From NCBI GenBank assembly GCA_963695555.1, contig CAVOGR010000007.1, forward strand, positions 384,001-448,000: 64,000 bases of DNA, written 5' to 3'. The notes beneath the pieces were generated by a model. That model saw nothing but the letters and a program-made list of their open reading frames with translations. It was not told where the DNA came from and made no database searches. Below, piece after piece: positions 19,045-29,669 of the stretch (positions are counted from its first letter, which is position 1; every line of letters begins with the position of its first letter). Source of the stretch: an uncultured Gemmatimonadales bacterium (GTDB lineage: Bacteria; Gemmatimonadota; Gemmatimonadetes; Gemmatimonadales; GWC2-71-9). Made by a program: the position numbers and the translations under genes.

Positions 19045-20241
19045 CTAGCGCGGTGGCAGGATGCGGGCGGCGGGCAGGTCAGGCCAGGCGGTCCACCCCT
19101 CCGGCGCGATCACAACCCGGATGGCGTCCCGGCCATCGATACGGATATCGTCGAGCCTGGTTCGATAGCCGGGCCGATCGGAGTTCCCCACGGCTTGTCC
19201 GAGCCTATCGCGGAATCGGCTCGCGGACCGCGCGTCATCCCACACGCTGTACCACACGAGGGCGGAACCACTCGGCGTTCGATACACCCGGTACCGGTCG
19301 CCCCCCCACCCCAAGGCGAGGGCTGAGTTGAGCGTATTCCGGCCCGTACGTGTGGCCAGCAGAATACGAATCTCGAATTCTCCGAGATTGTCCTGGTACA
19401 TCACGTCAGGAGTCGAGTCAGTGAACGCCATCGGCACGGGAATGTCTCCGGCCAGGTAACGGGCGGGATGCAGTATCTGTTCGGTCGATACCGGCATGCG
19501 CCCCCCAAATGGGACGGTGTCCGCCAAGGCCGAGGTTTCCCACCACTGCATGAACTCTCCGCCACCCAGGTACGGAAAGAGCAACCACTCTTTGAGCAGA
19601 AGCGGCAGGCCCGGCGGAAGGGTGCCGGTCGCGGACTCGCTCGCGCGGCGGACCTCCTCCCAGAAGGATGGGCTGGACACGGTGGCCGCGCCGGCGAACA
19701 GCACCAGTGACGCGTAGTTCGCCTGCCCCTCGAGGGTCGATTGGATGGCCGTGCTCAGATCGTTATCGCCCTTCGACGCGAGCATCGATGCGAGCGGCAG
19801 GTATTGGCCCTGGAGGGCGTGGACCAATTCATGGGCGACCACCAATCGGACCTGGACGGGGTCGCTGCCTTCCACCACAAACAGCATGGCGGAATCAGGG
19901 TCGAAGAACCCGACCACTTGCTGGGAGAGGAGGTCGGTGATGACCGGCCCGAGCTCGAGCGTATCGGGCAGCAGGCCGAACAAGCGATAGGCCTCCTGCA
20001 CGCCGGCGAGTTTCTGCGGCGGCAGTTCCTGGTTGAGTTTCGCGATGATATAGCGACGCACGTCGTCGCGGCTTCGCAATCCCGAGACCGGCGGCTCCTT
20101 GTACGGCAGACCAACCGCGTCTTCGATGAGTGGCGCAAGGCTGTCGACCATACGCTGGATGTCGCTCGCCACGGGAGGACGGGGAGGCTCGCCCCGGCAG
20201 GCTCCGGCTGCCGCCAGCATCAGCATGCCCCACATCCGCAC
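19045..20241 (-). CDS. Lipoprotein with zincin HExxH motif (putative metallopeptidase)
   Basis: Lipobox AGAC; VGFFDP, AHELVHALQ, LEGQA, FPYLGG, STEQILHP; start uncertain. Confidence 0.8.
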   Translation of the reverse strand: MRMWGMLMLAAAGACRGEPPRPPVASDIQRMVDSLAPLIEDAVGLPYKEPPVSGLRSRDDVRRYIIAKLNQELPPQKLAGVQEAYRLFGLLPDTLELGPVITDLLSQQVVGFFDPDSAMLFVVEGSDPVQVRLVVAHELVHALQGQYLPLASMLASKGDNDLSTAIQSTLEGQANYASLVLFAGAATVSSPSFWEEVRRASESATGTLPPGLPLLLKEWLLFPYLGGGEFMQWWETSALADTVPFGGRMPVSTEQILHPARYLAGDIPVPMAFTDSTPDVMYQDNLGEFEIRILLATRTGRNTLNSALALGWGGDRYRVYRTPSGSALVWYSVWDDARSASRFRDRLGQAVGNSDRPGYRTRLDDIRIDGRDAIRVVIAPEGWTAWPDLPAARILPPR

Positions 20242-20246
20242 CGCCG

Positions 20247-21032
20247 CTACGCCATCAAGTATCGTCGATACCATTCGATGATTTCCGGTCCCACGAGAAA
20301 GGTGGCGGCGGCGCCAATGGCGAGGAAGATCCCGAACGGCACCAGCTTCTTCTGCCCGAGGAGGGTGAGCGGCACGAAGATCAAGGTGCCGAGCAACGCG
20401 CCGAGGAAGATTGTGAGCAGCACCCCCTGCCAGCCGAGGAAGGCGCCGACCATGGCCATCATCTTGATGTCGCCGCCACCCATCGCGTCTTCTTTCAGCA
20501 CCAGCGTGCCGACGTAGCCAACCAGCCAGAGGAGGCCGAAGCCGATGGCCGCGCCGAGGACCGCGTGCCACAACCCGAGCCAGCCGCCGGCGACCGCGAA
20601 CAGGAGCCCGATCACCAGACCACCCAGGGTAAACTCGTCCGGAATGATGTATTCCCGCGCGTCGGTCATGGCGATGCCGAAGAGGATCGTGCCCAGGATG
20701 GCGCCGCGAAAGGCCTCGAGGGAGACGCCCTCCCGGTATGCCATGTAGGCCCAGAGGCCGGCGGCCGCGAGCTCGACCAGCGGATACTGGATCGACACGG
20801 GCGACTTGCAGTTCCGGCATCGGCCGCGGAGAAGCAGCCAGGATAGAACGGGAATATTGTCGTACCAGGCGATCGGCTGTCCGCATCCCGGGCACCGGGA
20901 CCGCGGTGAGATGACGGATTGATCGGCCGGCCACCGCAAGATGCAGACATTCAGGAAACTTCCGATGATGGCGCCAAGCATGGCCGCGAACGCCACCACC
21001 AAAGCCCGGGCCTCCAAGAGCTCACGCTCCAC
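20247..21032 (-). CDS. pilD: Type IV prepilin peptidase (A24)
   Basis: GSFLNV, two CxxC pairs, MGGGDIKM, VPFGIFL. Confidence 0.95.
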   Translation of the reverse strand: MERELLEARALVVAFAAMLGAIIGSFLNVCILRWPADQSVISPRSRCPGCGQPIAWYDNIPVLSWLLLRGRCRNCKSPVSIQYPLVELAAAGLWAYMAYREGVSLEAFRGAILGTILFGIAMTDAREYIIPDEFTLGGLVIGLLFAVAGGWLGLWHAVLGAAIGFGLLWLVGYVGTLVLKEDAMGGGDIKMMAMVGAFLGWQGVLLTIFLGALLGTLIFVPLTLLGQKKLVPFGIFLAIGAAATFLVGPEIIEWYRRYLMA

Positions 21033-21792
21033 TAATCACCTCGTACAGGAGGATTCCCGCCGTCACGGCCGCATTGAGCGACTCGGCGGGGCCGACGAGC
21101 GGAATAGCGACCCGTCGATGGGCCAGGACGCCCAAGGCCGGATCGATCCCTGCTCCCTCATTCCCGATCACGATGGTGATCGCGCCAGCAGCCTTTATGC
21201 CACCGACCGGTTCCCCCGCCGCATCCGCCAGCCACAGCGCCCCACCCGACACCCGGTGCCACTCCACGAACGCCTGAACGTCTGCCGACGCCGCGGGTAG
21301 CCGGAACGATGCCCCCATGCTGCCGCGCAACACCTTGGGAGCACTGAGTTCGGCCGTGCCTTTGAGGGCAATCACTCCAGCCGCTCCGAGACCGAAGGCG
21401 GTCCGCACCATGGTGCCGACGTTGCCCGGATCCTGCACCCGATCCAGCACGAGCACGGGGCGCCCGGGTTCGGCCCGCACGTCGTCCAGCGTCCATCGCT
21501 TCGGCTCGATGACCGCGACGACCCCCTGCGGGTGTTCGGTGTCGGCAAGATTGGCGAGCTCCTTGTCGGAGACGCCGACCAGCAACACGGCCCTCGATTC
21601 GAGCGCGGACTTGAGGGCGGCGCCACGCGGCGTACCTTCCAGATTCGGTGCCACGGCCGCACCGCGGAAGATCATCCCGGCGGCGAGCGCCTCTTCGATC
21701 AGCCGGACTCCCTCGATCAGAGTCAGGTTGCGGCGCTCGCGGCCCCGGCGGCGATGAAGATCGCGAATCAACGACTGGATGGACCCAGACAT
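21022..21792 (-). CDS. TrmH/SpoU family RNA methyltransferase
   Basis: [25 protein letters not shown]. Confidence 0.93.
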   Translation of the reverse strand: MSGSIQSLIRDLHRRRGRERRNLTLIEGVRLIEEALAAGMIFRGAAVAPNLEGTPRGAALKSALESRAVLLVGVSDKELANLADTEHPQGVVAVIEPKRWTLDDVRAEPGRPVLVLDRVQDPGNVGTMVRTAFGLGAAGVIALKGTAELSAPKVLRGSMGASFRLPAASADVQAFVEWHRVSGGALWLADAAGEPVGGIKAAGAITIVIGNEGAGIDPALGVLAHRRVAIPLVGPAESLNAAVTAGILLYEVISGA

Positions 21793-21813
21793 GGCTCCCG
21801 ACGGAATGCTCCT

Positions 21814-22623
21814 ATGAAGATTGCCCTCACCGTTGCCGGCTCGGACTCAGGTGGAGGTGCCGGCATCCAGGCGGACCTCAAGACGTTTCACCAGTTCGGA
21901 GTATACGGAACCTCGGTCATCGTGGCGGTGACTGCGCAAAATACTCGCGGGGTCCGTTCGGTCCATCCCATTCCATCCAACGTCGTGGCCGATCAGCTCG
22001 AGACACTCGCCGAGGACCTCCCGCCGGCGGCCCTCAAGACCGGCATGCTGGCGACCGCCGAACTGGCACTCCAGGTTGCGCAGGCCATCGAGCACCATGC
22101 CTGGACGGAGTATGTACTCGATCCTGTTATGGTGGCGACCTCCGGCGACCGTCTGCTCTCTCAGGATGCGGAGGCGGTCATCCGTGACCAGCTCGTCCCG
22201 CTCGCCGCGGTGGTCACACCCAACCTGCATGAGGCGGAGATCCTGACCGGCGTGTCGATCGGCTCGGTCGACGACATGGTACGAGCTGGTTCGCGGCTGC
22301 TGGAGCTCGGGGCGCGCGCCGCCCTGATCAAGGCCGGCCATCAGCCCGGTGACGAGTTGGTCGACGTATTGGTGTTGCCGGCCGGGATTCGACGCTTTCC
22401 CCACCCACGGATCGTCACGGCCTCGACCCACGGATCGGGATGCACCTTATCCGCCGCGATTACGGCGTGCCTGGCGCTCGAGGAAGACATTCAGACCGCC
22501 GTGGCGCGGGCCATCGACTTCGTTACCCGCGCGATTGCGGCAGCGCCAGGGCTCGGCAGCGGCAGCGGCCCGCTCAACCATCTCGTCCCCGCCCACCCGG
22601 GCGGATCGCCAGACGAGCGCTGA
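21814..22623 (+). CDS. thiD: Hydroxymethylpyrimidine/phosphomethylpyrimidine kinase
   Basis: [40 protein letters not shown]. Confidence 0.96.
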   Translation: MKIALTVAGSDSGGGAGIQADLKTFHQFGVYGTSVIVAVTAQNTRGVRSVHPIPSNVVADQLETLAEDLPPAALKTGMLATAELALQVAQAIEHHAWTEYVLDPVMVATSGDRLLSQDAEAVIRDQLVPLAAVVTPNLHEAEILTGVSIGSVDDMVRAGSRLLELGARAALIKAGHQPGDELVDVLVLPAGIRRFPHPRIVTASTHGSGCTLSAAITACLALEEDIQTAVARAIDFVTRAIAAAPGLGSGSGPLNHLVPAHPGGSPDER

Positions 22624-22625
22624 GC

Positions 22626-23450
22626 TCAAAGCGCGCCGACCAAACCCTCCACCAGATTCCCCAGCTCCCGGCCGACCTCTGCCGCGGTTTCCATGACCTC
22701 GGCGTGACTGAGCGCGACCGGCGAGATGCCCGCCGCGAGGTTGGTGATGGTCGAGATTCCAAGGCAGCGGATTCCGTTCGCGCGGGCGGCGATGACCTCG
22801 AGCACCGTCGACATCCCCACCGCGTCGGCCCCGAGCCGCTCGAGCATCCGGACCTCGGCGGGCGTCTCGTAGCTCGGGCCGAGGAGGCCGGCGTAGACCC
22901 CCTCCTCGAGGCTCACGCCCAGATCCCGCGCCACCGAACGGGCCAGGTCGCGCAGCACGGGATCGTAGGTGGCCGACATGTCTGGAAAGCGTTCTTCTCC
23001 GGCTCGCACCGGGCCAAACAAAGGATTGCGAAAGCTCAGGTTGAGCTGATCGGCGATGAGCATGAGGGTGCCGGGCCGGAAGGTCCGGCGAATTCCTCCG
23101 GCCGCGTTCGTCACGATCAACGTCTCGACACCAAGTTCCGCAAACGCCCGGACGGGAAGCGCGGTGGTGTTGGCGTTGTGGCCTTCGTAGAGATGGAAGC
23201 GTCCGCTTTGGGCCAGGACGTCTTTCCCGGCGAGGCGCCCCGCCACCAGCTCCCCCTTGTGTCCCTCAACCGACGGAGTCTCGAAGCCCGGGATGTCGCC
23301 ATACGAAACCCGCACTGCGTCCTCGAGCCGATCCGCCAGGCTTCCGAGGCCGGAACCGAGGACGATCGCCAGGCGTGGCGTCCGCTGGCCGAGCCGCGCG
23401 CGAATAGCCTCGGCGGCAGCGACGGGATCGGGATGGGTCGTGGCCGTCAT
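22626..23450 (-). CDS. punA: Purine-nucleoside phosphorylase (trimeric type)
   Basis: VLGSGLG, GRFHLYEG, TNAAGG, GPSYETPAE, VGMST. Confidence 0.95.
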   Translation of the reverse strand: MTATTHPDPVAAAEAIRARLGQRTPRLAIVLGSGLGSLADRLEDAVRVSYGDIPGFETPSVEGHKGELVAGRLAGKDVLAQSGRFHLYEGHNANTTALPVRAFAELGVETLIVTNAAGGIRRTFRPGTLMLIADQLNLSFRNPLFGPVRAGEERFPDMSATYDPVLRDLARSVARDLGVSLEEGVYAGLLGPSYETPAEVRMLERLGADAVGMSTVLEVIAARANGIRCLGISTITNLAAGISPVALSHAEVMETAAEVGRELGNLVEGLVGAL

Positions 23451-24817
23451 CAGACTAGCATCCCGGCCAAGGAGGCCGACATGAACGCCGCCAGATTCCC
23501 CCCGATCATGGCCCTGAGGCCGAGGCCGGCGATCTCGCTCCGGCGTTCCGGCGCGAGCCCGCCGATGCCACCGATCTGGATGGCGATGGAGGCGAAGTTC
23601 GCGAAGCCGAGCAGCGCGTAGGTCGTGATGATGATGCTCCGCGGTTGCAGGGTGCTGGTCCCCAGGTCGCCGGCAAATTGGATGTAGGCGAAGAATTCGT
23701 TGAGGCCGATCTTGATTCCCACCAACCCGCCGACCGTGGAGGCGTCCTGCCACGGGACTCCCATCAGCCAGACCAGGGGCTGCATGACCAAGCCCAACAA
23801 GTATTGCACACTCCACTCGGCGTGGCCCACGAAGCCGCCCGCCCACCCGAGCATGAAATCGAGCAGGGCCACGAGCGCGATGAACGCGAGCAACATTCCC
23901 GCGACGTTGAGGGCGAGCTGCACACCGGTCGCAGCGCCCGATGCCGCAGCCTCGATGACCCCGGAGTCGGTCTTTTCCACCGAGAGATTCAGGGTGCCTC
24001 GCGTCTCGGGGACCTCGGTTTCCGGCACGATCATCTTCGAGAGGAGGAGACCCGCCGGCATGTTCATGACGCTTGCGGCCAGCAGGTGGGACGCAATGTC
24101 CGGGAAGTATCCCTGCAGCATGCCGACGTAGGCCGCGAGCACGCCGCCGGCGACCGTCGCAAACCCGCCCACCATGACGGTGTTGATCTCGGAGCGGGTC
24201 ATGGTCTTGATGAACGGCTTGATGAGCAGCGGGGCCTCGGTCTGCCCCATGAAGATGTTTCCAGAGGCGGATAGTGTCTCGGCGCCCGAGGTGCCGAGGG
24301 TTTTCTGGACCGCCCAGGCGATGCCCTTCACGATCCATTGCATCACGTTCAGGTAGTACAACACCGACATCAGCGACGAGAAGAAGATGATGACCGGCAG
24401 CACATAGAACGCGAATGCGGCGCCCACGTCCGCCACCACGCCCGCGCTCGCGTCAACGGCCCCATTGGCGACCGGACCGACCGGGACCAGGTTATTGATC
24501 AGATTCCCGAAGATGAACTTGCCGCCTTGGGCGGAAAAGTTGAGCAGCCCCGTCACCAGGGTCCCGATCCATCGGAAGAGGGCCTGGCCCGCCTGGGTCT
24601 TCAGGACGATGAATCCGAAGGCGGCCTGAAGGGCTAGCCCCATCCCCACCAAGCGCCAGTCGATGCGCTTCTTGTTGTTCGACATGAGAAACGCGATCGC
24701 GAGCATCGTGGCGATGCCGACCAACCCCATCAACCGCGCGAGGAGCGGCGTGTCCAGCCCGGCTTGCACCTCGGCAAGGCGCTCGGCTGCCGTCTGGAGC
24801 ATCCAGAGCCCGCTCAC
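23450..24817 (-). CDS. nupC: CNT family nucleoside transporter
   Basis: GTSGAETLSASGNIFMGQTEAP, GFATVAGGV, NEFFAY, GFANFASIAIQIGG. Confidence 0.94.
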   Translation of the reverse strand: MSGLWMLQTAAERLAEVQAGLDTPLLARLMGLVGIATMLAIAFLMSNNKKRIDWRLVGMGLALQAAFGFIVLKTQAGQALFRWIGTLVTGLLNFSAQGGKFIFGNLINNLVPVGPVANGAVDASAGVVADVGAAFAFYVLPVIIFFSSLMSVLYYLNVMQWIVKGIAWAVQKTLGTSGAETLSASGNIFMGQTEAPLLIKPFIKTMTRSEINTVMVGGFATVAGGVLAAYVGMLQGYFPDIASHLLAASVMNMPAGLLLSKMIVPETEVPETRGTLNLSVEKTDSGVIEAAASGAATGVQLALNVAGMLLAFIALVALLDFMLGWAGGFVGHAEWSVQYLLGLVMQPLVWLMGVPWQDASTVGGLVGIKIGLNEFFAYIQFAGDLGTSTLQPRSIIITTYALLGFANFASIAIQIGGIGGLAPERRSEIAGLGLRAMIGGNLAAFMSASLAGMLV

Positions 24818-25839
24818 CGGATTGCCTCGAGTTCCGCTCGTATGTCGGCAAGCAGCGCCTGCCGTTCAGGCCACGGCAGGAATGCGTGGGCAAACGCGCT
24901 CTGGATCATCTGATCGATCTCCCTTCTGGAGAAACCAAGTTCCTGGTGCGCAAGCCAGTACTCATCCGAGAGCGACACCCCGCACATCAGCCAATTATCG
25001 GTGCACAGTGTGACCGCGAGGCCCGCGTCGAAGTACCCGCGCACCGGATGCGCCGATGCGCGGGAAACGACGCGAGTCTGGAGGTTGCTTGTGATGTTCG
25101 TCTCGATGCAGGTGCGCCGGTCCCGCAGGTAGTTCTGGAGGCGGGGATCTTCCCGCAGTCGCGTCCCATGGCCAATCCGATCGGCGTGACAGCGATGCAC
25201 TGCCTCCGCGATGGACTCGGGCCCGGCCGCCTCACCGGCATGGACCGTAATCCCGAGACACCCGCGGGCTGCGATGTCAAACGCCTTCCCGTGCACGCCG
25301 GGAGGGTGCCCCGCCTCGGCGCCGGCCAAATCGAACCCGACCACACCCCGGTCGCGGAACTCGACCGAGCATTGAGCGATGTCCACCGAGATCTGAGGAT
25401 CGTGCGAGCGGAGTGCGCAATTGATGATCCGGCTCTTGACCCCGAAGTCACGCTCGCCGCGCTGGAGGCCGCGGAACTGGGCCTCGAGGACCTGCGCGAG
25501 TGTCAGACCCGCACGGGTACTGAGCGCCGGGCAGTAGCGGATCTCGAAATACCGGACGCTATCGGCTGCGGCATCCTCCACGATCTCGTAGGCAACCCGC
25601 TCGATCGCCTCCGGGGTCTGAAGTACGGCGATGGTGAATCCGAAGAGCTCGAGATACTCCTCGAGATTGTGAACGTCCGACGCCAACATGTGCCGCTTGA
25701 GCTCCGTCGGATCCTTGGTGGGAAGCGACACGCCCGCTCGGTCTGCCAGCTCGATCATGGTCGACGGCCGGAGCGAGCCGTCGAAATGCAGGTGCAATTC
25801 AGCCTTCGGCAGCCGACCGATCAGTTCACGAGTGAGCAT
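24814..25839 (-). CDS. add: Adenosine deaminase
   Basis: LPKAELHLHFDGS, HAGE, RIGHG, CTDN. Confidence 0.95.
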   Translation of the reverse strand: MLTRELIGRLPKAELHLHFDGSLRPSTMIELADRAGVSLPTKDPTELKRHMLASDVHNLEEYLELFGFTIAVLQTPEAIERVAYEIVEDAAADSVRYFEIRYCPALSTRAGLTLAQVLEAQFRGLQRGERDFGVKSRIINCALRSHDPQISVDIAQCSVEFRDRGVVGFDLAGAEAGHPPGVHGKAFDIAARGCLGITVHAGEAAGPESIAEAVHRCHADRIGHGTRLREDPRLQNYLRDRRTCIETNITSNLQTRVVSRASAHPVRGYFDAGLAVTLCTDNWLMCGVSLSDEYWLAHQELGFSRREIDQMIQSAFAHAFLPWPERQALLADIRAELEAIR

Positions 25840-26071
25840 CGACGTCCTCGATCTGCTTCCGCGCAGTGACGACCACCCTGAGAATCGATCCCGCCGTCAC
25901 CGTGGTCTCAGGGGCCAGCCGCACCCCCCGGCCGTCGGTCAGGTACGCGCGTCCGTCCTCGAGCCGACGACCGAGTTCCCCATCGTAGGAACGCACCGCG
26001 TCCCGAGCGGTGGCGCCTTCGGGCACCAGGTGAGAGGACTCGTTCACAAATACCCGGATATCAGCCGTCAT
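25826..26071 (-). CDS. Small hypothetical protein, possibly beta-grasp fold (81 aa)
   Basis: Overlaps both neighbours; IRVFVNE...TDGRG...AGSILRVV. Confidence 0.7.
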   Translation of the reverse strand: MTADIRVFVNESSHLVPEGATARDAVRSYDGELGRRLEDGRAYLTDGRGVRLAPETTVTAGSILRVVVTARKQIEDVDAHS

Positions 26072-29000
26072 CGTCTCGTCGAGACGAAGCGTGGATCGGG
26101 GGTATAGCTGATCGGTGAGCTCAACCGACGGAGATAGGTCACCACGGCATCGAGATCGATCAGCCCACTCTCGGCCTCCGGCGGGACGCGCGGAAGACTC
26201 CAATGGGCGTCGCCCGCCACGTTTTCCGGCACTGCCAGGCGGTAGGTGTGTTTCTTATCGATCTTCTTCCCGTTCGCCAGCCGCACTTCCCGCACCCGCC
26301 GTCCCACCGGCCGGGATGGATCGAACTTCACGGTCGCGCCGGAAAGATGGGCAGCCGGCACGCCGTCCTGAACCACACGCTCCAACACGCGGGTCATGTC
26401 CGCGCCGGTGAGCGCGATGACGACGAGCGTGCCCTGGCGCGGAAGCACGGCGAACAGATCCCCCATCCGCACGGCCCCGGCCGGCAGGTCGGCTTGGATA
26501 CTCGCGTTGTCCATCAGGGCGAAGTCGGTCCGGAGTACGTTTTGGAACGCGTCGGCGATGAGGTTGCCCAGGCCATGTTCCTGGTCCCGACGGCTGAGAG
26601 GAAGCTTGACCTGCGCAACCGTGACTCGGGCCGCCGAGTCGGTGATTCGTCGATACTCCTCGATGAGCCGCGTGACGCCCGAATCAGGTGCTATGCGATC
26701 GGCCGCCACCGGCACGAAACCGCGCCGCAACTCCCGTCCGCCGACCACGGTCTTCACCACGTCGACAACCGCAACGGCACGGCCGCGGTCAACCGCCTCC
26801 ACGATCGGGATCCCCGCGACCACCGTGTCTCGCGGCATGTCGGAGCCGCCGGACAGAATGAGATCCACAGAGCCCGGACCGAGCGCCTGGGCTATCCGCA
26901 CCGCAGCCGAGGTGCAGTCCTCCGACGCGCACACGTGGTCGGTGCGGAGCAGGACCACGGTGACCTCGGCGCCGAGTCGTTTGACCTCGGCGATCTGGCG
27001 GCGGAGCGCCTCGGGGCCGGTCACTCGGATTCCGGCGAGCGCCTCCGATGGCGCCAGCTGTTTCATGTCCGACGCCACATAGCCCACGACGCCCACGCGC
27101 ACCGTTCCCAAGTCGAGCAGCCGAAATGGGGCAATCCAGGCGGGCGGCTGCCCGGTGACCGAGTCCACCAGGTTCGCCGCGACCCACGCATACTTGGCTT
27201 CGGCCATGCGTTGCCGCAAGGTATCGAGCGACCACCCGAAATCATGTTCGTCGGGAACCGAGGCCGCAACGCCCAGCTGGTTGAAGGTCTCGATGGTCGA
27301 GCGCCCACGGACCAGGCTCGACCATGCGGCGCCGCGCAAGTGATCGCCGGCGTCGAGCCGTACGGTCGGACAGTCGCACGCCGCCACCAGACTGTCCATG
27401 AGCGTCTTGAGCGGCGCCGCTCCACCCATGCGCCGACCGCCGTCACCGGGCTCGAGAGTCGGGAACAAGGCCCCGGCAAAGTCATTGGTGGCCACGACCC
27501 TGAGAATCGTGGTGTCTCGGGGCGCGGGCGGCTCATTGGGTACGGGGGCGAAGAGCGCGAGTGCCTTTCGTGCCATGTCGGCGGGGACGACTTGCCACTC
27601 GCGAGCGCTGTAGCGCCGAGGGTCGATCGTTCCCTCCGCCCGGACCGCCTCGATCAATAGCTCTCGGATACTTTCCCCCTGGTCGTAGACCACGGGGGCG
27701 CCGGCCAACATGTCGAACCCGCCACCGCCGGCCTGCCGATAGCTGTTCACCGCCATGGTGAAGGAGTCCGTTGGCCGCACGGGTCGGCCCTGCACGCGGA
27801 GCCCCCGAATCCGTTCACCCGCCGGCAGCCGGAGATCGATGGCGTACTCGGCCCCGCCCACGATGTCGAAGTTGTAGCCGGGGATGTCGGGATCGGTGCC
27901 CACGTTGCCCCGCCGGTCCACCGTGTAGTACCGGGCGCTGTGTTCCAGGTAGGCCTTGAGTTGCTCGCCGGTGATGCGGATGGCCCTGAGGGTGTTCTCG
28001 TATGGGTAGAGCCCGGCCACATGCGAGAGGAGCACATCCCCCCGGGGAATACCGCCATGTGTATTGAACGCCGCGGTGGCGGAGAGTGCCGCACCGGTGC
28101 GGCGGCGCTGCACCGCGTTGATGAAATTGACGATCGGGGTCGCCTCGGCGCGTGCCGTGAGCGCCGGCATGGGGTCCTCGGCAAAGGCGAGCGGTTCACT
28201 CAGCCACTGGGTCACGTTCTGGTGGTCGCGCTCCAACCGCCGGACCACTCGCGGATCCTCCGCCCGATCAGCCAGATCGACAATCTCTCCCTTGACCGAC
28301 ACGACTCGCCATGCCTGTCCACGCCGCACCAGGACGACGTGCGCCACCGCGAGTCCGCGTGCGTGGGGAGGCGGCTGCATGTAGTACACCCCGTTGATGT
28401 CTTGGGGCGGAAACTGGCGGTGGGTATGCCCCACCACCACGAGATGCGGCGGGTGCTCGTCGCTGGCCAGTGTCACGGCCACGTTCTCGGGTCCGACGCC
28501 GGTAGAGTCGTAAGACGACGGGCCGTCGAGGCCGCTGTGCATGAGGACGATGGAGAGGTCCACCCGTCCTGCCAGGTCCGTCAACACCCCAGGCGCCGTG
28601 TGGGAAATCCGGTCGACCCGCACGCGGCCCTCGACGAGCGCCCGATCCCACACCATGACCCCCGGAGTCGTGAAACCCGTGATGCCCACCCGGATGCCGC
28701 CACGATTGATTACCGCAACCGACGGGAACTCCAACGTGTTGGACGGCAGCGTGAAGATGTTTCCGCTTACATAATGAAAGACAGCGCCCGCCACGGCCCG
28801 GTGGAAGACGTCGACGCCGAAATCGAACTCGTGGTTGCCCGGGGTCGCCGCATCGTACGCCATCAGGTTCATGGCGTCGATCACGGGGTGCGGATCACGC
28901 GGACGGACGCGGGCAAAGTAGGTGGCGAACGGGTCTCCCTGGATCAGATCACCCGCGTCGACCAGGACGACCTGACCTGGATATAGGGCGCGCAGGGAGT

Positions 29001-29166
29001 CCACCGCGGATGCGGCCCGGGCGAGCCCTCCGGGAAAGGGCCGTTCCGCAAGGTAATCCCACCCTGTGGCGTGACCGTGGACGTCGGTCGTCGCGACGAC
29101 GACCACATGCGCACTGTCCTGGGGGAGGGAGAAGAGCCCTGCAGCGAGTGCCAGCGCGGCAAGCAT
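26068..29166 (-). CDS. Secreted tandem 5'-nucleotidase/2',3'-cyclic phosphodiesterase (two metallophosphoesterase + 5'-NT_C modules)
   Basis: Module 1 has TDVHG, DAGD, GNHEFD, GHTH, YPYEN; module 2 is similar but degenerate. Confidence 0.92.
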   Translation of the reverse strand: MLAALALAAGLFSLPQDSAHVVVVATTDVHGHATGWDYLAERPFPGGLARAASAVDSLRALYPGQVVLVDAGDLIQGDPFATYFARVRPRDPHPVIDAMNLMAYDAATPGNHEFDFGVDVFHRAVAGAVFHYVSGNIFTLPSNTLEFPSVAVINRGGIRVGITGFTTPGVMVWDRALVEGRVRVDRISHTAPGVLTDLAGRVDLSIVLMHSGLDGPSSYDSTGVGPENVAVTLASDEHPPHLVVVGHTHRQFPPQDINGVYYMQPPPHARGLAVAHVVLVRRGQAWRVVSVKGEIVDLADRAEDPRVVRRLERDHQNVTQWLSEPLAFAEDPMPALTARAEATPIVNFINAVQRRRTGAALSATAAFNTHGGIPRGDVLLSHVAGLYPYENTLRAIRITGEQLKAYLEHSARYYTVDRRGNVGTDPDIPGYNFDIVGGAEYAIDLRLPAGERIRGLRVQGRPVRPTDSFTMAVNSYRQAGGGGFDMLAGAPVVYDQGESIRELLIEAVRAEGTIDPRRYSAREWQVVPADMARKALALFAPVPNEPPAPRDTTILRVVATNDFAGALFPTLEPGDGGRRMGGAAPLKTLMDSLVAACDCPTVRLDAGDHLRGAAWSSLVRGRSTIETFNQLGVAASVPDEHDFGWSLDTLRQRMAEAKYAWVAANLVDSVTGQPPAWIAPFRLLDLGTVRVGVVGYVASDMKQLAPSEALAGIRVTGPEALRRQIAEVKRLGAEVTVVLLRTDHVCASEDCTSAAVRIAQALGPGSVDLILSGGSDMPRDTVVAGIPIVEAVDRGRAVAVVDVVKTVVGGRELRRGFVPVAADRIAPDSGVTRLIEEYRRITDSAARVTVAQVKLPLSRRDQEHGLGNLIADAFQNVLRTDFALMDNASIQADLPAGAVRMGDLFAVLPRQGTLVVIALTGADMTRVLERVVQDGVPAAHLSGATVKFDPSRPVGRRVREVRLANGKKIDKKHTYRLAVPENVAGDAHWSLPRVPPEAESGLIDLDAVVTYLRRLSSPISYTPDPRFVSTRR

Positions 29167-29294
29167 GGCGGAATATCCTCGGGCCGTGCGGCTTACGCAA
29201 TCGGGCGGCCTGAGCAGGGCCCGATTCGCATCGGTGCATTGTCGCGCTCCACCCTTGCGGAGTCGGGAACGGGAAGGTATTCGTTTTCCCGCAT

Positions 29295-29669
29295 ATGCCC
29301 CCCTATCAATCGCCCCTGGATTTTGTGACCACGCTGGCCGAGCCGACCCGGCTCCGGATCCTCAACTGTCTCGCCGCGGCACCGCTGTTCGTGTCCGACC
29401 TCCAGGCGGTGCTCGATCTGCCGCAGCCAACCGTGTCCCGGCATCTCCGGGTGCTCCGCACCATCGGTGTGGTGCGAGACACGCCCATTGCTCAGTTCGT
29501 GCTCTACCGGCTTCGGAAGGAGGAGAACGCCCGGGGCAGGCTGGTGCGGGTGATCCTGGAGACGATGCACACCGATGAGCGGCTCAAGACCGAGCGCCTG
29601 CGGGCGGTCGAGCGGAGCCGGGGGCATTCGGTCGAACGGACGCGGGGCCCGGCGCCCGCGATGTCATGA
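29295..29669 (+). CDS. ArsR/SmtB family transcriptional regulator
   Basis: LAEPTRLRIL, LPQPTVSRHLRVLR. Confidence 0.92.
   Translation: MPPYQSPLDFVTTLAEPTRLRILNCLAAAPLFVSDLQAVLDLPQPTVSRHLRVLRTIGVVRDTPIAQFVLYRLRKEENARGRLVRVILETMHTDERLKTERLRAVERSRGHSVERTRGPAPAMS

Noticed and set aside
19045..24338. Apparent long fusions in the ORF track (19045-20934, 22626-24338, also 3856-4680, 10689-11345, 15889-16908)
   Set aside because: The N-terminal extensions overlap real upstream genes in another frame; true starts are internal.
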